A stretch of DNA of 5,999 nucleotides, from assembly GCA_023136205.1 (NCBI GenBank), contig JAGLRQ010000080.1, forward strand, positions 1-5,999. The letters run 5' to 3'. A program made the position numbers and the translations under genes. Origin of the DNA: Candidatus Auribacterota bacterium. GTDB lineage: Bacteria > Auribacterota > UBA6266. Of the stretch, positions 4,969 through 5,999 are shown piece after piece. How positions within the stretch are numbered: position 1 is the first letter of the stretch; every line of letters starts with the position of its first letter. The notes under the pieces were generated by a model that was not told where the DNA came from, searched no databases, and worked only from the letters and a program-made list of their open reading frames with translations.

Positions 4969-5999
4969 ATGAGTGACGCGTTAACCGGGAATGTTGTTGT
5001 CGGCCAGTCAGGCGGACCGACTTGCGTTATTAACCAGAGCCTTATAGGTGTTGTAAGAGAATGTTCGAAATATCCCCAGATGCGGAAGGTTTATGGCGCG
5101 ATTCAGGGAGTAAAGGGAATACTTGAAGAAAATTTTACAGATCTTACTCAGGAAAGTATTGAGACTCTTGAACTTGTCGCGGAGACACCGTCTTCCGGCC
5201 TTAAATCCATAAGGATGAAGCCAAGAAAAGAAGATTGCGTGAAAATGTTTGAAGTATTCAAGGCTCATAATGTGAGATATTTTTTCTATATTGGCGGTAA
5301 TGATACCGCTGAAACTGCTAATATAGTTAACGAAATTGCGCGCCAGGATGATTTTGAACTCAGGGTGTTTCATATTCCCAAAACCATAGATAATGACCTT
5401 CTTGTAACAGATCACTGTCCGGGATACGGAAGCGCCGCGAAATTTGTTGCCTGCGCTGTAATGGGAGACAATCTTGATAACCGTTCCCTGCCCGGTATTA
5501 AAATTGATGTGGTTATGGGAAGGCACGCGGGATTTCTGACCGCGGCAGCGATACTCGCGAGAAAATATGAAGATGATGGCCCTCATTTGATTTATGTTCC
5601 GGAAACAGTTTTTGATATTAAGAAATTTACTGATGATGTTGATAAGGTATATACAAAATATGGAAGAGCTGTTATCTGTGTTTCCGAGGGTATTCATGAC
5701 AAAGACGGTAATCCCATATTTACAAGCGGCGAAAAGGATGCTCATGGGAATATCCAATTGAGCGGAAGCGGAGCACTTGGTGATTATCTTGCCGGGGAAG
5801 TAAGGTCTAAGCTTAAGATAAAAAGGGTAAGGGCTGATACATTTGGATACCTTCAGCGTTGTTTTCCCGGAGTTGTTTCGGAGGTGGATTCTGAAGAAGC
5901 CAGAAAAGTTGGAGAAAAAGCTGTACAGCTTGCCGCAAGCGCGAACATAGACGGCAGTGTTATTATAAAAAGGCTCGCGGCCGGCGGCAGTTACAAAGT
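4969..5999 (+). CDS. pfp: Phosphofructokinase with a pyrophosphate-type residue signature (diphosphate--fructose-6-phosphate 1-phosphotransferase predicted), N-terminal 343 codons; the 3' end lies beyond the window
   Basis: This ORF is not in the supplied track because it has no stop in the window. I translated it codon by codon from ATG 4969 to 5997 and found no in-frame stop. The start reads MSDALTGNVVVGQSGGPTCVINQSLIGVV. Downstream motifs are FYIGGNDTA (GGNDT at 5293-5307), HIPKTIDNDL (5377-5397), VVMGRHAGFL and TFGYLQRC. These are the canonical PFK (PF00365-type) motif blocks in the correct order. Confidence 0.93.
   Translation, partial: MSDALTGNVVVGQSGGPTCVINQSLIGVVRECSKYPQMRKVYGAIQGVKGILEENFTDLTQESIETLELVAETPSSGLKSIRMKPRKEDCVKMFEVFKAHNVRYFFYIGGNDTAETANIVNEIARQDDFELRVFHIPKTIDNDLLVTDHCPGYGSAAKFVACAVMGDNLDNRSLPGIKIDVVMGRHAGFLTAAAILARKYEDDGPHLIYVPETVFDIKKFTDDVDKVYTKYGRAVICVSEGIHDKDGNPIFTSGEKDAHGNIQLSGSGALGDYLAGEVRSKLKIKRVRADTFGYLQRCFPGVVSEVDSEEARKVGEKAVQLAASANIDGSVIIKRLAAGGSYK

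Noticed and set aside
5008-5757. The 249-aa minus-strand ORF, the largest ORF listed for this region in the supplied track.
   Set aside because: It is exactly codon-aligned antisense to the plus-strand PFK gene. It begins at a TTG (revcomp of sense CAA 5755-5757) with no SD site. Its translation is low-complexity and rich in I, F, N and K, with no recognisable motifs. It stays open only because the sense gene avoids TTA/CTA/TCA. The plus-strand product has all the PFK motifs in order.
1-5999. A search for a defence system, mobile element, CRISPR array, toxin-antitoxin pair, tRNA/ncRNA or riboswitch.
   Set aside because: The only non-coding stretches are 749-784, 1403-1524, 2860-2875 and 4833-4968. 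None is long or structured enough for a tRNA, a CRISPR array or a known riboswitch. I see no nuclease, ATPase, integrase or transposase motifs, no long repeats and no abrupt compositional shift. Claiming a novel system here would not be supported by the sequence.

Overview
This is an AT-rich bacterial chromosomal segment, roughly 40% G+C by eye (not computed), and most of its genes have clear Shine-Dalgarno sites. I can support six protein genes in alternating orientation. (1) The 3' 248 codons of a GdhA-type glutamate dehydrogenase (+), ending in a strong hairpin/T-run terminator. (2) A convergent His-rich membrane protein of unknown function with about 6 TM segments (-). (3, 4) A tightly spaced two-gene unit (+) of a MOFRL-family glycerate 2-kinase followed 16 nt later by a GT4 (GT-B fold) glycosyltransferase. 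(5) A convergent, small, membrane-anchored AsmA/DUF748-like protein (-) whose 3' end overlaps the GT gene by 11 bp. (6) The first 343 codons of a phosphofructokinase with a pyrophosphate-type residue signature (+). Gene 6 runs off the window and is absent from the supplied ORF track. The 249-aa minus-strand ORF listed over that region is its codon-aligned antisense shadow. I see no tRNA/rRNA, CRISPR array, transposase/integrase, large repeats or recognisable defence or toxin modules. I do not see convincing evidence for a novel multi-gene system. The window looks like core carbon/nitrogen metabolism interleaved with two uncharacterised envelope proteins. The open questions are those two proteins, the glycerate-kinase/GT4 coupling, and some small repeat and promoter features in the 4833-4968 intergenic region. 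All functional calls come from motif recognition by eye, with no database search.
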